A DNA stretch of 64,000 nt. Source: an uncultured cyanobacterium (GTDB lineage Bacteria; Cyanobacteriota; Cyanobacteriia; CAKZMO01). Positions within the stretch are counted from its first letter, which is position 1, and every line of letters begins with the position of its first letter. A model generated the notes under the pieces. It did no database searches. It was given only the letters and a program-made list of their open reading frames with translations, and was not told the DNA's origin. The stretch is taken from assembly GCA_963719515.1 (NCBI GenBank), contig CAVRCJ010000020.1, positions 1 to 64,000 of the forward strand, given 5' to 3'. The position numbers and the translations under genes are program-made. Of the stretch, positions 31,174 to 42,230 are shown piece by piece.

Positions 31174-32088
31174 TCAGACAACGTCTTTCAGCGCCCCAGT
31201 CACGTTGGGGTAAGTATATTTAAAGTTAGTTCTCTGAATCCGCTTGGGGACCACCTGCTGACCTTCGAGCACAACTTGAGCGGCGTCTCCCAACAGCAGC
31301 TCTAGCGCAAACTCCGGCACCGGTAGCCACGACGGTCGGCCCATCACCTGGCCCAATACGCTGCAAAACTCCTGCATCCGTACCGGTGACGGAGCCGTCG
31401 CATTGTAAACGCCAGTTAGGCTTGGGTCATCTAAGGCGCGGATAATCAAACCAACTAGATCGTCGCGGTGGATCCAGGAAAACCACTGGCGACCGCTGCC
31501 AATAGGACCGCCAACAAACATTTTGAAGGGGGGCACCATGCGCTCAAGCGCGCCGCCTTTACCGAGCACGATACCGGTGCGTAACACAACAAGGCGACAG
31601 CCCAGATCTGTGACCGGTTGAGCCGCCGCCTCCCAGCGTCGACAGACATCGGCCAGAAAGTCGTCACCCGGAGCGCTGTCTTCATCAAACTTAGCAACCT
31701 CACTGGTGCCATAGTAGCCGACGGCCGAAGCGTTGATTAGCACTGCTGGCTTGTCCGATGCCTGGGCGATCGCCTCCACAACTTTCTGGGTGCCCTGCTC
31801 CCGGCTGTCCAAGACTTCCCGCTTGTAATCGGGGGTCCACCGCTCGGCAATTGGGGCTCCGGCAAGGTTGACCACCGCGTCACACCCAGAGACAGCTGAC
31901 TGCCAATCGCCTGACTCCTTTGGAGCGTAGGCCACGCAAGTCAAGTCTGGAAAAGCGACGCTGGGAAAAAGCCTCTGCGCCTGCTCGGGTCGCCGCGTCA
32001 AAATTATGAGCTGGTCGCCGCGCTCCTGTAGCTTCTGGACAAGACAGCTGCCGACAAAGCCGGTAGCACCCGTAATGACAACCTTCAT
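31174..32088 (-). CDS. TIGR01777/YfcH-type NAD-dependent epimerase family protein
   Basis: ITGATGFVG, VNLAGA, ASAVGYYG, WFSWIHRDD. Confidence 0.92.
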   Translation of the reverse strand: MKVVITGATGFVGSCLVQKLQERGDQLIILTRRPEQAQRLFPSVAFPDLTCVAYAPKESGDWQSAVSGCDAVVNLAGAPIAERWTPDYKREVLDSREQGTQKVVEAIAQASDKPAVLINASAVGYYGTSEVAKFDEDSAPGDDFLADVCRRWEAAAQPVTDLGCRLVVLRTGIVLGKGGALERMVPPFKMFVGGPIGSGRQWFSWIHRDDLVGLIIRALDDPSLTGVYNATAPSPVRMQEFCSVLGQVMGRPSWLPVPEFALELLLGDAAQVVLEGQQVVPKRIQRTNFKYTYPNVTGALKDVV

Positions 32089-32112
32089 CGCGTTATCCCC
32101 GTAAACTTTTTA

Positions 32113-32493
32113 TTAGGTAGCGTCTTGACTGGCTTCACCATAAGCCATGCCGTTTGCATCGGCATATCGATGCATAAAGCGCATAAATCGGTCCCAGTGC
32201 TCCGACCTGTCAATCGTAAATTGACAGTCGACCCGGGCCAAATCATCCCCCTCAGGTCCGCCAAACACAAACTGTACAGAGTCGGGCTGGACGCTAATAT
32301 CCCCCTCCTCGTCCCGCAGCATGAGGCTGCTGTTGAAGCGCTTGGTGTAGCTCTGAAAGCGCTCGATTGACCGCAGACGGCGGAAGACCATCAATACGAC
32401 GCGATCGCCCGTCGCGCTGTTCTGACGCAGGCGAACATCGTCAAGGCTCTCTGAGACGCCTTCAAAAAATTCGATTGAGGGGGAGACAATCAT
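32113..32493 (-). CDS. psb28: Photosystem II assembly protein Psb28 (Psb28-2 type)
   Basis: IEFFEG..E....VRL, LRDEEG.I, WDRFMRFMHRYA.ANG. Confidence 0.88.
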   Translation of the reverse strand: MIVSPSIEFFEGVSESLDDVRLRQNSATGDRVVLMVFRRLRSIERFQSYTKRFNSSLMLRDEEGDISVQPDSVQFVFGGPEGDDLARVDCQFTIDRSEHWDRFMRFMHRYADANGMAYGEASQDAT

Positions 32494-32662
32494 AGTGGAA
32501 CTGAGGCCGACGGCGAGTCTCAAAGTAGGCTAACGCTAGATTCTAGCTAGACTTTAATCAGTATACCGGTGGACGGGATGGATACGAATGCGGCCAGCGC
32601 AGGGGCGACCCGGGTAAAGAGTTTGGGGAAGCCGGTAGAGACGGTCACGGGGGAGAGCATCA

Positions 32663-33643
32663 ATGGCACAAACTAATTTATCCGAGCATCTATCCGAAAA
32701 GGGCGACTCCGCTGAAGCTGCAGGCGAGCGCATAGCGCTGCAGGTCGAACTTTCAAGCTCCGATCGCCTCGACCGCTGGCTCTCTCAGCAGATCGACCTG
32801 TCGCGATCGCGAATTCAGCAGCTGATTGAGGCCGGTCAAATTACCCTCAATGGACAGCAGGTCTCGAAACGACAGCCGGTCAAGGTCGGCGATCGCATCA
32901 CGGTCACGATTCCCCCCCCGCAGCCGCTAGCGCTAGCCGCCGAAGCGATTCCCCTAGACATTCTCTTTGAGGACGACTCGCTAATCGTCATCAATAAATC
33001 CGTGGGCATGGTAGTGCATCCCGCCCCTGGTCACCCGTCGGGAACGCTGGTCAATGCGCTTCTGGCCCATTGCCCAGACCTCAAGGGCATTGGCGGCGTG
33101 GAGCGCCCTGGCATCGTCCACCGGCTCGATAAAGACACCACAGGGGCGATCGTTGTGGCCAAGACTGAGCAAGCTATGCGGGAGCTTCAGGCTCAGATTC
33201 AGGCCAAGACGGCGCGCCGCGACTATCTTGCCATCGTTCACGGCGCGCCTACTGCCCAAAAGGGCTCCATTTGTCAGCCCATCGGTCGCCACCCCGTCGA
33301 TCGGCAGCGCATGGCGGTGGTGCCGTTGGAAAAGGGGCGCTACGCTTTGACCCACTGGCAGATCAAAGAGCGACTCGGGCAGTATACGCTCGTGCACTTC
33401 GAACTAGACACAGGGCGGACGCACCAAATTCGCGTACATAGCGCCCACATGGGGCACCCGCTTGTGGGAGACCCGGTCTATAGCTCCGGGCGCTCTCCAG
33501 GCGTCAATCTACCCGGCCAAGCCCTGCATGCCTTGCGGCTCCGCCTGTCTCATCCCGTAACCCATGCGCTCGTCGACGTCACAGCGCCCTTACCCAAACC
33601 CTTTACGACATTGCTCAGCGTCCTGCGAAATCGCTCCAGCTAG
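32663..33643 (+). CDS. rluD: RluA/RluD-family pseudouridine synthase with S4 domain
   Basis: RLDRWL..SRSRIQ, HRLDKDTTG, TGRTHQIRVH. Confidence 0.9.
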   Translation: MAQTNLSEHLSEKGDSAEAAGERIALQVELSSSDRLDRWLSQQIDLSRSRIQQLIEAGQITLNGQQVSKRQPVKVGDRITVTIPPPQPLALAAEAIPLDILFEDDSLIVINKSVGMVVHPAPGHPSGTLVNALLAHCPDLKGIGGVERPGIVHRLDKDTTGAIVVAKTEQAMRELQAQIQAKTARRDYLAIVHGAPTAQKGSICQPIGRHPVDRQRMAVVPLEKGRYALTHWQIKERLGQYTLVHFELDTGRTHQIRVHSAHMGHPLVGDPVYSSGRSPGVNLPGQALHALRLRLSHPVTHALVDVTAPLPKPFTTLLSVLRNRSS

Positions 33644-33833
33644 CGCCGAGTCGATTGTCCGGCTATACAGCGGGTCCAGGCAGAACGTAGAGGCAGCGTG
33701 TAGTATAGAGCTATAAGCCTATACCTTGCCTTATCTACGGCATTACTGCTGCGGCACTGCAGCTACGGCACATAATATTCTAGCTGCCCAAGACCGCCCC
33801 GCCCAAAATATTGAAGCCTGCAGCCAATACACC

Positions 33834-34019
33834 ATGGACTCTAAGCTCTATCTCTCTAACCTAATGCTGAGCGTTGCAACAGTACCCTTAATTGCTATCC
33901 TTTTGGGTCTGAAAGCTTGGGAAGAAGCAACCCAGAGCATGGGGCAGGCGGGGGAAGAGGCCTTTCGGGGCAGCCGGCTGCCGTTGCTCAATCTCTCAGA
34001 CTCGACGCTGCAGCGGTAA
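33834..34019 (+). CDS. Small hypothetical protein upstream of ppc
   Basis: One TM segment then MGQAGEEAFRGSRLPLL; start set at ATG 33834. Confidence 0.7.
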   Translation: MDSKLYLSNLMLSVATVPLIAILLGLKAWEEATQSMGQAGEEAFRGSRLPLLNLSDSTLQR

Positions 34020-34315
34020 TCAAAGGCGCAGCTCCATCGGCAAAGGCGGCCAATCCTACGGTAGACGGCCCATACGTCGCCTAAGTCATACTTCTTTACA
34101 AAAGCCGGCCCCAGCCTTCATGGTTGCGGGTTCAGTCCTTTGACGTATCAACACCAGCCGTTTGAGGGACCTATCGTGCTGAAAACACTGAGGAATTCTG
34201 TCATCAATCGATAGGAACCTGGGGCGAAATGATTTTCATGCCCGGGTTTTTCTAGTAGAGTCCTTAGTTAGAGATCCATTTTCGACGGCAAGAGTTGACT
34301 GTATCAATTGTGGGC

Positions 34316-34350
34316 TACTGTAGCGGATGCGCCCCTCAGCCGCTACAGTA
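34316..34350. other. Inverted repeat in the ppc upstream region
   Basis: TACTGTAGCGG...CCGCTACAGTA. Confidence 0.5.
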
Positions 34351-34443
34351 CCGCCCTCATGTTCTGGCAGTTGGTGGTAGGCCTGGGCCGCAGCTCATTG
34401 AACTTACCGGTCTTTCGCTGTTTTTTTAAACTTCTAAGCAACT

Positions 34444-37400
34444 ATGAGTTCTACGCTTCATTCTTCTGATGATGTCTCTCTCTCCGATGCAGCGGTTCAG
34501 CACCGAAGAGTTTCAGGCGACACCACTCCCCTTACACAATCAGACTCATTCCTGCGCCACCGTCTCAAGGCTATGGAAGAGGTGTGGGAATCAGTCCTAC
34601 GTCAAGAGTGCGGTATTGAGTTCGTCGCGCTGCTTCAAAAGCTGCTTGCGCTTTGTTCTCCGGAAGGACAAGCCCCCGAGATAGGCGGTCAAGAAGCTTT
34701 AGAATTGGTCGAAAACCTGGACCTCAACGACGCTATTCGGGTCACGCGAGCGTTTGCGCTTTACTTTCAGCTGATCAATATCGTCGAGCAGCACTACGAG
34801 CAGAGAGACCAGCAGGAACATTATCGAAGCACGCACGAGCGGTTGAGGCAGCCAGGCCAAGAGTTTCAGTCTTTTTTTGCCTCTGATTCTACCCCAGTCC
34901 ACCTCCACGATGAAGAGAGCGATCCACCGACAGAGACCCTAGAGCGCCACCTGCAAAACACCCTCTCTAGGCGGCGAGAAGCGCGAACCTTCTACAGCAT
35001 TTTTCCAAAGCTCAAGCGGCTCAACGTTCCTCCGCAGCATATTCAAGCGCTGATCAATCAGCTCGACGTGCGCCTGGTGTTTACGGCCCACCCGACAGAG
35101 ATTGTACGCCACACTATCCGGGGGAAGCAGCGGCGCATTGTTCATATCTTGCGGGAGCTTGACCAGCTGGAGAGCAGTCGGCCAGTTCAGCTCGATGAGG
35201 CTTCGGACCTTACCTTTGAGCAGCGTACGAGCCCCGAGGTAGAGGCCGCTCAGAAACGACTGATGGAGGAAGTCCGCCTCTGGTGGCGTACCGATGAGCT
35301 GCATCAGTTTAAGCCCTCCGTATTAGACGAAGTGGACTTTACGCTGCATTACTTCGATAAAGTGCTGTTCGATGCGATTCCTCAGCTCTATCAGCGGTTT
35401 CGCAACGCCCTAGGGACGACGTTTCCAGATCTGACCCCGCCCCGCTACGATTTCTGCAAGTTCGGATCCTGGGTAGGTTCAGACCGCGACGGCAACCCAT
35501 CAGTGACGCCGATTGTCACCTGGAAGACGGCCTGCTATCAGCGCAACATGGTGCTCGGCAAGTATATCGAGTCGGTGGACAATCTTACCGAGCTGCTGAG
35601 CCTCTCCCTGCATTGGAGCGATGTCCTGCCCGAGCTGCTGGAGTCGCTGGAGCAGGACCAGGCTCGTATGCCTGATATCTACGAGGCGAACGCGGTGAAG
35701 TTTCGCCAGGAGCCCTACCGACTGAAGTTCTCCTATATTAAGCGGCGACTTGAAAACACGCGCGAGCGCAACCAGCAGCTGCAGAACAGCGACTTCTCGC
35801 AGACCGACCTTCCCGAGAACAGTCTGCAGCTCATCTACAGCAACGGAGCCGAGTTTCTCACGGATCTGCAGCTCATTCACCGCAGCCTTAAAGAGACGGG
35901 GCTAGCCTGCGAGGCGTTAGACCAGCTCATTTGCCAGACCGAAATTTACGGCTTCAACCTCGCCCGCCTAGACGTGCGGCAGGACAGCTCCCGCCATTCC
36001 GACACCATCAACGAAATTGCCGAATACATGGGGGTACTGCCCCGTCCCTACAACGATCTATCTGAAGAAGAGCGCGTCAAATGGCTGGTGTCTGAGCTGC
36101 AGACGAGGCGACCGCTAATTCCAGCGGAGATGCCCTTCTCTGAAACCACGCAAGAGACTGTGGTGACGATGCGGATGATGCGCAAGCTGCACCAAGAGTT
36201 TGGCCCCCAAATCTGCCAGACCTACGTCATTAGCATGTGCAACTACGTGAGCGACCTCCTAGAGGTGATGCTGCTGGCGAAGGAAGCGGGGCTTTACGAT
36301 CCGGCGACAGGAAGCGGCAGCATTCACGTCGTGCCGCTATTTGAAACGGTAGAAGACCTCAGGCGCGCCCCGGCCGTAATGAAGGAGCTGCTGGAGCTGC
36401 CCCTCTACCGCACCTTTTTGGCAGGGGGAGAGAACGGTCCGGGTCCCTCATCGCCCCAAGCAGACCTACAGGAGGTGATGCTGGGCTACTCCGACAGCAA
36501 TAAGGACTCGGGCTTTTTAAGCAGCAACTGGGAAATCCACAAGGCTCAGCGAGCGCTTCAAGATACGGTGTCACCCTACGGCGTCTCTTTGCGAATTTTT
36601 CACGGACGAGGCGGCTCGGTAGGACGAGGGGGAGGCCCTGCCTATGAGGCTATTTTGGCCCAGCCGGGACGCAGCATTGATGGCCGCATTAAAATCACTG
36701 AGCAGGGGGAGGTGCTGGCCTCGAAGTACAACCTGCCGGAGCTAGCGCTGCACAATCTGGAGACGGTGGCAACGGCGGTGCTGCAGGCCAGCTTGCTCAA
36801 TACGGGATTCGACGGCATTGAGCCCTGGAACAACATCATGGAAGAGCTGGCGATGCGATCGCGAGACCCACTACCGGGCGCTGATCTATGAGGAGCCTGA
36901 CTTTATCGACTTCTTCCACCAGGTGACGCCCATTGAGGAGATCAGTCAGCTACAAATTAGCTCCCGCCCAGCGCGGCGCGGCGGCAAAAAGAAAGGACTG
37001 TCGGGGCTGCGGGCAATTCCTTGGGTCTTCAGCTGGACGCAGACGCGGGTGCTGCTGCCCTCTTGGTATGGGGTAGGTACGGCGCTAAATGAGTTCCTGC
37101 AGGAGGACGCCACCGAGAATCTGAAGCTGATGCGCTACTTCTACTACAAGTGGTCTTTCTTCCGCATGGTGATCTCAAAGGTAGAGATGACCCTGGCTAA
37201 AGCGGATCTAGGAATCGCTCAGCATTATGTAGAGCAGCTCACGAATCCTGAAGACCGCGATCGCTTTGATCGTCTCTTCAAGCAGATCGCCGATGAGTTC
37301 TATTTAACGCGAGACCTAATTCTGCGAATCACCAATCACGAGCGGCTGCTGGATGGTGACCCAGAGCTGCAGCGCTCGGTGCAGCTGCGCAACAGCACAA

Positions 37401-37567
37401 TCATCCCCTTAGGCTTTCTGCAGGTATCGCTGCTGAAGCGGCTGCGGCAGCACCGGACGAGCGCGGCGACGGGAATGATGCGATCGCGCTACAGCCGGGC
37501 GGAGCTGCTGCGGGGGGCGCTGCTGACGCTAAACGGGATTGCGGCGGGGATGCGAAACACGGGCTGA
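34444..37567 (+). pseudogene. ppc: Phosphoenolpyruvate carboxylase split by a +1 frameshift near 36866-36869 (may be a sequencing error)
   Basis: First frame has [26 protein letters not shown] and [14 protein letters not shown]; second frame has [12 protein letters not shown] and [10 protein letters not shown]. Deleting one C from GACCCAC restores RSRDHYRALIY. Confidence 0.93.
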
Positions 37568-37594
37568 TGCAGGCGGATCTGTGGGGTGCCTGTC

Positions 37595-37622
37595 GTAAGG
37601 GCACAGCATGCTGTGCCCCTAC
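37595..37622. repeat. GTAG-type REP-like palindrome
   Basis: Reverse complement GTAGGGGCACAGCATGCTGTGCCCTTAC. Confidence 0.7.
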
Positions 37623-37706
37623 CGTGCCGGGGCCTTATTCAACAAAACGCGACGTATCGCCGTGCCGGGGCCTTATCCAACAAAACGCGACGTATCGCCG
37701 TGCCGG
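37622..37706. repeat. 38-bp tandem repeat, about 2.2 copies
   Basis: CCGTGCCGGGGCCTTAT(T/C)CAACAAAACGCGACGTATCG x2, then CCGTGCCGG. Confidence 0.9.
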
Positions 37707-37807
37707 ATCACCACCGCCACGGGGCGAGCGGATGCGATACCCTATCTACAGACCCGGACAGGGCAGTGCCCTGCCCCCAACCTGCGTAACGGCACCCCAA
37801 TATCCCC

Positions 37808-40153
37808 ATGAATGCCTCGGCTGACTTTCTTGCCCAGCTCAACCCTGCCCAGCGTCAGGCTGTCGAGCACTACTGCGGCCCACTGCTAGTGGTAGCGGGA
37901 GCCGGGTCCGGCAAGACCAGGGCGCTCACCTACCGCATTGCCAACCTGATTCTCACTCACCGGGTTGACCCCAGCAACATCCTGGCGGTTACCTTCACTA
38001 ATAAAGCCGCCCGGGAGATGAAGGAACGCATTGAAACCCTGTTTGCGGAACAGAGCGCCCGGGCAAAGCACGGCAAGCCCCTAGAAGCCCTCACTGCCGC
38101 CCAGCAAACTAAACTGCGATCGCAGGTCTACCGAGACATCACCAAAGAGCTGTGGATCGGCACCTTTCATGCGCTGTGCGCCCGTATCCTCCGCTTTGAT
38201 ATTGAAAAGTATAGAGACGGTCAGGGCCACCAGTGGACCCGCAGCTTCTCTATCTTTGACGAGTCAGATGCCCAGTCGGTGGTGAAGCAAATCGTCACTC
38301 GGCAAATGAACCTGGACGACAAGAAGTTTGAGCCGCGCTCGGTGCGCTACGCCATCAGCAACGCCAAAAACCAGGGCTGGTCACCGGACGAGCTAGAGCG
38401 AGAGCAAAACAACTACCGAGGCCGGGTGGTGTCGGAAGTTTACCGCCACTATCAAGGGGCACTGGCCCAGAACAACGCCTTGGACTTCGACGACCTGATT
38501 CGAGTACCGGTGCAGCTGTTTGAGCAAAATGAACAGGTGTTGGGCTACTGGCACAACCGCTTTCGCCACATCCTAGTGGACGAATACCAAGACACCAACC
38601 GCACGCAGTACGACTTCATTCGCCTGCTGACCACCAACGGCGTAGATTCCAAGAGCATTGAAGACTGGCAGCACCGCTCTATTTTTGTCGTCGGAGATGC
38701 CGACCAGTCCATATACTCTTTTCGGGCAGCGGACTTTACCATTCTCATGGGGTTTCAGCAGGACTTCGGCGATCGCCTCCCCGACGACGACACCCGCACC
38801 ATGGTGAAACTGGAGGAGAACTACCGCTCTACGGAAAATATCCTGCAGCTGGCCAACCAGCTGATCGAAAACAACACCGAGCGCATCGATAAGGTGCTGC
38901 GGCCTACCCGCGCCGAGGGAGAAGCCGCCTACTGCCATCGCTCCGACGATGAGGTGGCCGAGGCCGAATTTGTGGTGGGTACCATCAGTCAAATGGTCAC
39001 CGACCCCGACCTCAGCTACGGCGACATCGCCATCCTTTACCGCACCAACGCCCAGTCCCGCGCCCTGGAGGAAGTGCTGGTGCGGCAGGCCATTCCCTAC
39101 ACCGTGGTGGGCGGGCTAAAGTTCTACGATCGCCGCGAAATTAAAGACGTGCTGGCCTACCTACGGGCGATCGCCAATCCAGCGGATACCGTCAGCCTCA
39201 AGCGAGTAATCAATACGCCTCGGCGGGGCATCGGTAAGACCACGCTAGAGCGACTGGACGGCGCAGCGGCGCAGCTGGGCATCCCCTTTTGGGAAATCAT
39301 CAGCGACGAGACCTCAGTAAAAGCCTTAGCGGGCCGCGCCGCCAAGGCGGTAAACGGCTTCGCCGGTATGCTGAAGCGGCTGCAGGGCGAGAAGGACCAG
39401 ATTTCCGCCTCTCAGGTGGTGCAAGAGGTTCTGGGAGAATCGGGCTACCTAGAGGAGCTCAAGGCCCAGGGCACCGAAGAGGCGGACAACCGGCTGCAAA
39501 ACGTGCAGGAGCTGTACAACGCCGTGCTGCAGTTTGAGGAGGATAGCGAAGACACGAGCCTTCCAGCTTTCTTGTCCAACGCCTCCTTGGCTTCGGACCT
39601 CGACGACCTCAGCGAAGACCGGAACAAGGTCTCCCTAATGACCCTGCACTCCTCTAAGGGGCTGGAGTTCCCGGTAGTATTTTTGGTGGGCCTAGAGCAG
39701 GGCCTGTTCCCCAGCTACCGCTCCCTGGATGACCCCGCCGCCATCGAAGAGGAGCGCCGACTGTGCTATGTGGGTATCACCCGCGCCCAAGAGCGCCTGT
39801 TCCTCACCCACGCCCGCGCCCGCCGGCTGTACGGCTCCCGCGAGCCCGCGAGCCCTTCCCTGTTTTTAGCCGAGCTGCCCCGTGACCTGCTGCTCAGTAA
39901 CTCGGCTAGCGCTATTCCCAAGCTGATGAGGACGCCCGTACAGGAGATTCGCCAGAAGGAAGTCGACGCCCCTGGCACCCACGAAGACGACTGGGGGGTG
40001 GGAGACCTGGTAGTTCACAAAGCGTTTGGCGCGGGCAAGGTCACCCACATCTTTGGGGCCGGGAATAAGATTTGCCTTGCCGTCAAATTTCCGGGACAGG
40101 GCCAGAAGATTATTGACCCCAAGGTGACCCCGCTGCAGCGGGCAGAGGCTTAG
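37808..40153 (+). CDS. pcrA: ATP-dependent DNA helicase PcrA/UvrD
   Basis: AGAGSGKT, VDEYQDTN, VGDADQSIY.FR, ENYRST, TLHSSKGLEF, EERRLCYVGITRA. Confidence 0.96.
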   Translation: MNASADFLAQLNPAQRQAVEHYCGPLLVVAGAGSGKTRALTYRIANLILTHRVDPSNILAVTFTNKAAREMKERIETLFAEQSARAKHGKPLEALTAAQQTKLRSQVYRDITKELWIGTFHALCARILRFDIEKYRDGQGHQWTRSFSIFDESDAQSVVKQIVTRQMNLDDKKFEPRSVRYAISNAKNQGWSPDELEREQNNYRGRVVSEVYRHYQGALAQNNALDFDDLIRVPVQLFEQNEQVLGYWHNRFRHILVDEYQDTNRTQYDFIRLLTTNGVDSKSIEDWQHRSIFVVGDADQSIYSFRAADFTILMGFQQDFGDRLPDDDTRTMVKLEENYRSTENILQLANQLIENNTERIDKVLRPTRAEGEAAYCHRSDDEVAEAEFVVGTISQMVTDPDLSYGDIAILYRTNAQSRALEEVLVRQAIPYTVVGGLKFYDRREIKDVLAYLRAIANPADTVSLKRVINTPRRGIGKTTLERLDGAAAQLGIPFWEIISDETSVKALAGRAAKAVNGFAGMLKRLQGEKDQISASQVVQEVLGESGYLEELKAQGTEEADNRLQNVQELYNAVLQFEEDSEDTSLPAFLSNASLASDLDDLSEDRNKVSLMTLHSSKGLEFPVVFLVGLEQGLFPSYRSLDDPAAIEEERRLCYVGITRAQERLFLTHARARRLYGSREPASPSLFLAELPRDLLLSNSASAIPKLMRTPVQEIRQKEVDAPGTHEDDWGVGDLVVHKAFGAGKVTHIFGAGNKICLAVKFPGQGQKIIDPKVTPLQRAEA

Positions 40154-40355
40154 GCCGCCTACAGCTCCGCCGCTATGGCCTACCATAGCGCTGACGGAGA
40201 GGGCGATCGCGCTTCGCGTTCCTCTGAAGATTTGTATCGAGCGACGGGAATTCGGAAAGTCTACTGTGAAAGAAACATTAACGCTTACCTAATTTCCTTA
40301 TTGAGGAAATATAATTTCTGGGTAAAGCTCATCTTTCACTAAGGACCTGCAGACT

Positions 40356-42027
40356 ATGAAACACGGTAACGAGAGCTACTTCATCAAAGATGTGGGCTGG
40401 ATCGTTGGTCACCTTATCCCTGTCGATATTCTACGCGCAGTCTTTAAGAAGTACTGCCCTTGGTATCTCAACCCGACGACGGATCCCGTCGGCCCTAAGC
40501 CTGACGATCGCCCGCGAGTTCCTCGGCGGGTGTTCTGCCGGCTATTTCCCGAAGGCAATCAGCCCGACGCGGAAGCGCTCATCGAGCTAGGTTTGGCTAT
40601 GGAAACAGAGGTTGTCCCCGCGAGCTTTAGCCAGGTTCCGGGTCTAGTCGACATCACGGCGGAGATTAACCGCAGCGGAGACTCAGACATTCCGGCGGGC
40701 TACACCTACTTCGGCCAGTTCGTTGACCACGACATCACCAGTGATCCAACACCGCTGGGAGAAGATGGAACTGTCGATCCAGACAGCATCTCCAACGGGC
40801 GGACTCCCAGCCTTGATCTAGACTGCCTTTACGGTAACGGCCCCGATAAGAACCCCGAACTTTTTGAAGACGACGGGGTTCACATGAAGGTCGGCACCAA
40901 CAGTGAAACGCCGGAGGGGGCGCCGGGTGGGCCGATTCTAGGCACGTTTGAGCAAGACTTGCCCCGTACGCCGGACAAAAAGGCCATTATTGGCGATGGG
41001 CGCAACGACGAAAATCTAGCGGTGGCACAGACCCACCTCGCTTTCATCAAATTCCACAACAAGAAGGCGGATGAAATTGCCAGCACCCATCCCAACCTGA
41101 AAGGGTATAGATCTATTCAAGGCTGTGCAGAAAGAGGTCATCTTACATTACCAGAGCATCATCCTCCACGACTTCTTACCCCGCATTGTTGATAATGATG
41201 TGCTTCAGGATATTTTGGCCAATGGCCAAAAATTCTATGACAGCGATTTCAAGGAGTGTATGCCCATCGAGTTTTCGGTGGCAGGCTACCGTCTAGGCCA
41301 CAGCATGGTGCGTCCCTCCTACGAATGGAACCGGATTTTCAACTCCCACCCCAGCGGGATTGTAGCGACGATGGAGCTCTTGTTTGAGTTCTCTGAGGTG
41401 AGCGGCAGCCGTGGGGAGGGCGACGACCCCTTCTTTGGGAGCCCGACGCTACCCTCTAACTGGATTGTCGATTGGACCCGGCTCTATGATTTCTCAGAGG
41501 TGAATGGCATCGACAACCACCCTGATCTAAACTTTGCCCGAGAAATCGACGCCAAGCTCTCTTTTGCACTACAGCAGCTGCCTGAATTCCAGAAGCAGAG
41601 TTTACCGCCGGTATTTATCTCTCTAGCAGCCCGCAATCTGCTCAGAGGGCGTCTCCTGAAGCTGCCCACTGGTCAGGTCGTGGCTCAGGCCATGCAGGAC
41701 GTGGGGCTCAGCTTTACCCCGTTGACGGCAGAGGAAATTGCCGGTAGCCCCCATGGCGAGATTGTCACCAAGCACGGCTTCGACGAAGAAACGCCGCTTT
41801 GGTACTACATCTTGCGGGAGGCCAAGGTAAAGCACGACGGCAATAAGCTAGGCCCGGTCGGCAGCCGTATTGTCGCGGAGGTCTTCGTCGGACTGATTGA
41901 GAACAGCGCTATTTCTCTAAGCAAGGAGCACCGAGACCTCAAATTCTCTATGCCGGAGCTGCTAGCCTTTGTGGGCGAGCTGAATCCTCTGGGCAGCGAT
42001 GTGCCGGTAGCGGTACCGGCCTCGTAG
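40356..42027 (+). pseudogene. Animal-type heme peroxidase family protein split by a +1 frameshift near 41103-41106
   Basis: First frame has GYTYFGQFVDHD and GDGRNDEN; second frame has GYRLGHSMV, TPLWYYILREA and GPVGSRIVAE. Removing one base restores KGIDLFKAVQKEVILHYQ. Confidence 0.85.
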
Positions 42028-42030
42028 AAA

Positions 42031-42071
42031 CGCGAAGAGGGGACATGGTGATGCCATGTCCCCTCTTCGCG
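42031..42071. terminator. Strong hairpin between the convergent peroxidase and tRNA-Glu
   Basis: CGCGAAGAGGGGACATGG-TGATG-CCATGTCCCCTCTTCGCG. Confidence 0.75.
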
Positions 42072-42084
42072 CTATTTTTGGCAA

Positions 42085-42157
42085 TACCCCCAGGGGAATT
42101 CGAATCCCCGTCGCCTCCGTGAAAGGGAGGTGTCCTAGGCCTCTAGACGATGGGGGC
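42085..42157 (-). tRNA. trnE: tRNA-Glu(TTC)
   Basis: Reverse complement GCCCCCATCGTCTAGAGGCCTAGGACACCTCCCTTTCACGGAGGCGACGGGGATTCGAATTCCCCTGGGGGTA; anticodon TTC; CCA not encoded. Confidence 0.98.
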
Positions 42158-42230
42158 CTGACTGCCACTCTTACTAAGATATTAGATAGCTTTGAACTCT
42201 GTCAACTCTTTTGAAGAATTAAGGGCTAAG

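Noticed and set aside
36818..36891. Programmed ribosomal frameshift in ppc, and likewise in the peroxidase
   Set aside because: No canonical slippery heptamer is present; both lesions are +1 in short homopolymers, typical of sequencing error or recent mutation.
37622..37706. 38-bp repeats as a CRISPR array
   Set aside because: The units are contiguous with no spacers, there are only about two copies, and no cas genes are present.
40240..40260. attL-like copy of the tRNA-Glu 3' end (GGGAATTCG)
   Set aside because: The match is only about 9 bp and there is no integrase; likely chance.
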